Positions 63,686 to 64,000 of a stretch of DNA of 64,000 bases are shown here, piece by piece. The notes under the pieces are model-generated. The model had not been told where the DNA came from. It saw nothing but the letters and a program-made list of their open reading frames with translations, and made no database searches. The DNA is taken from IMG/VR virus record IMGVR_UViG_3300009008_000005, positions 1 through 64,000 of that record; one strand, written 5' to 3'. Numbering within the stretch: the first letter of the stretch is position 1; each line of letters begins with the position of its first letter. The DNA is from a virus. A program made the position numbers and the translations under genes.

Positions 63686-64000
63686 GTATTTCGGTGAAAT
63701 AGTGGGCGGAATCAACAACAAGCTAGGCTGCGTGACTCTGACCGGGGACGGAACAGGACTGCACATCCCAGATAGCACCTTCTTGGACAACCGGGGTGGC
63801 CGAGCCAAGCTGATATCCATTGGGGATAACGTGACCTTCTCAACCGGAGTCATACTGCTCGTACACGACGCTATGGCGAAGCGTACCGGTGGGAACGTGA
63901 CCTACGGAAGGATCATCATAGAAGACCACGTTTCCATCTCCGCCCGAGTCACTGTCCTCCCCGCTACCAGGATTGGCCGTGGGTCTATTGCAGGTGCGGG
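63639..64000 (+). CDS. Hexapeptide-repeat (left-handed beta-helix) acyltransferase, truncated by the window end
   Basis: Own translation of a frame absent from the ORF track: ISIGDNVTFSTGVILLVHD...GRIIIEDHVSISARVTVLPATRIGRGSIAGA; GTG start tentative. Confidence 0.75.
   Translation, partial: MKTSQDPSTSTQWLYEYFGEIVGGINNKLGCVTLTGDGTGLHIPDSTFLDNRGGRAKLISIGDNVTFSTGVILLVHDAMAKRTGGNVTYGRIIIEDHVSISARVTVLPATRIGRGSIAGA
63686..63702. promoter_or_regulatory. Palindromic site copy 9, GTATTTC-GGT-GAAATAG
   Basis: Immediately after the stop codon of the HTH gene, within the 5' end of the acyltransferase. Confidence 0.75.

Noticed and set aside
1592-63853. Many 60-230 aa ORFs antisense to or out of frame with the main genes (e.g. 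4432-5079, 31657-32304, 39515-40228, 60297-60998)
   Set aside because: They are shadow ORFs expected at this GC content, with no RBS or recognisable motifs.
1-64000. tRNA/rRNA genes, reverse transcriptase (DGR or retron), introns or inteins, stop-codon reassignment
   Set aside because: None was recognised by eye. Core genes are of normal length and uninterrupted, and TAA, TAG and TGA all end coupled genes. A tRNAscan or Infernal run would be needed to exclude them fully.

Overview
The window is 64 kb of a large, roughly 55% GC, contractile-tailed (myovirus-like) bacteriophage genome. It uses the standard genetic code, has GGAGG RBSs and is densely and translationally coupled. Modules in order: (i) a minus-strand gene rich in K-x-A motifs (11-979); (ii) a plus-strand replication/recombination operon (1.2-14.35 kb) with SF2 helicase, family-4 UDG, DnaB, DnaG, a Cys-rich SSB, family-A DNA polymerase, RecA, an Hjc-like resolvase, a Cas4-like nuclease and RusA; (iii) a minus-strand tail-spike/baseplate operon (14.4-36.3 kb) running into disordered basic proteins, a sigma-70-type factor and a GNAT (36.3-43 kb); (iv) two plus-strand, very GC3-rich genes with duplicated promoter/RBS cassettes (43.3-44.4 kb); (v) a multidomain ART/pyrophosphatase protein and a LigD-like ligase (44.4-48.8 kb); (vi) a structured intergenic region, a stand-alone TSCPD (class II RNR C-terminal) gene and hypotheticals; (vii) tail hub and tape measure genes (51.7-60.9 kb); (viii) HTH regulators and a partial hexapeptide acyltransferase. 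Three signals stand out. A palindrome, RTATTTC-RNY-GAAATA, occurs in 8 perfect copies plus 1 near-perfect copy, both upstream of genes and inside CDSs. A set of putative virion-delivered effectors carries K-x-A(S) junction motifs. The sigma factor and the ligase share a basic N-terminal tag. No tRNA, CRISPR array, reverse transcriptase, integrase, capsid, terminase or sheath gene was seen. All functional calls come from motif recognition by eye, not database searches.
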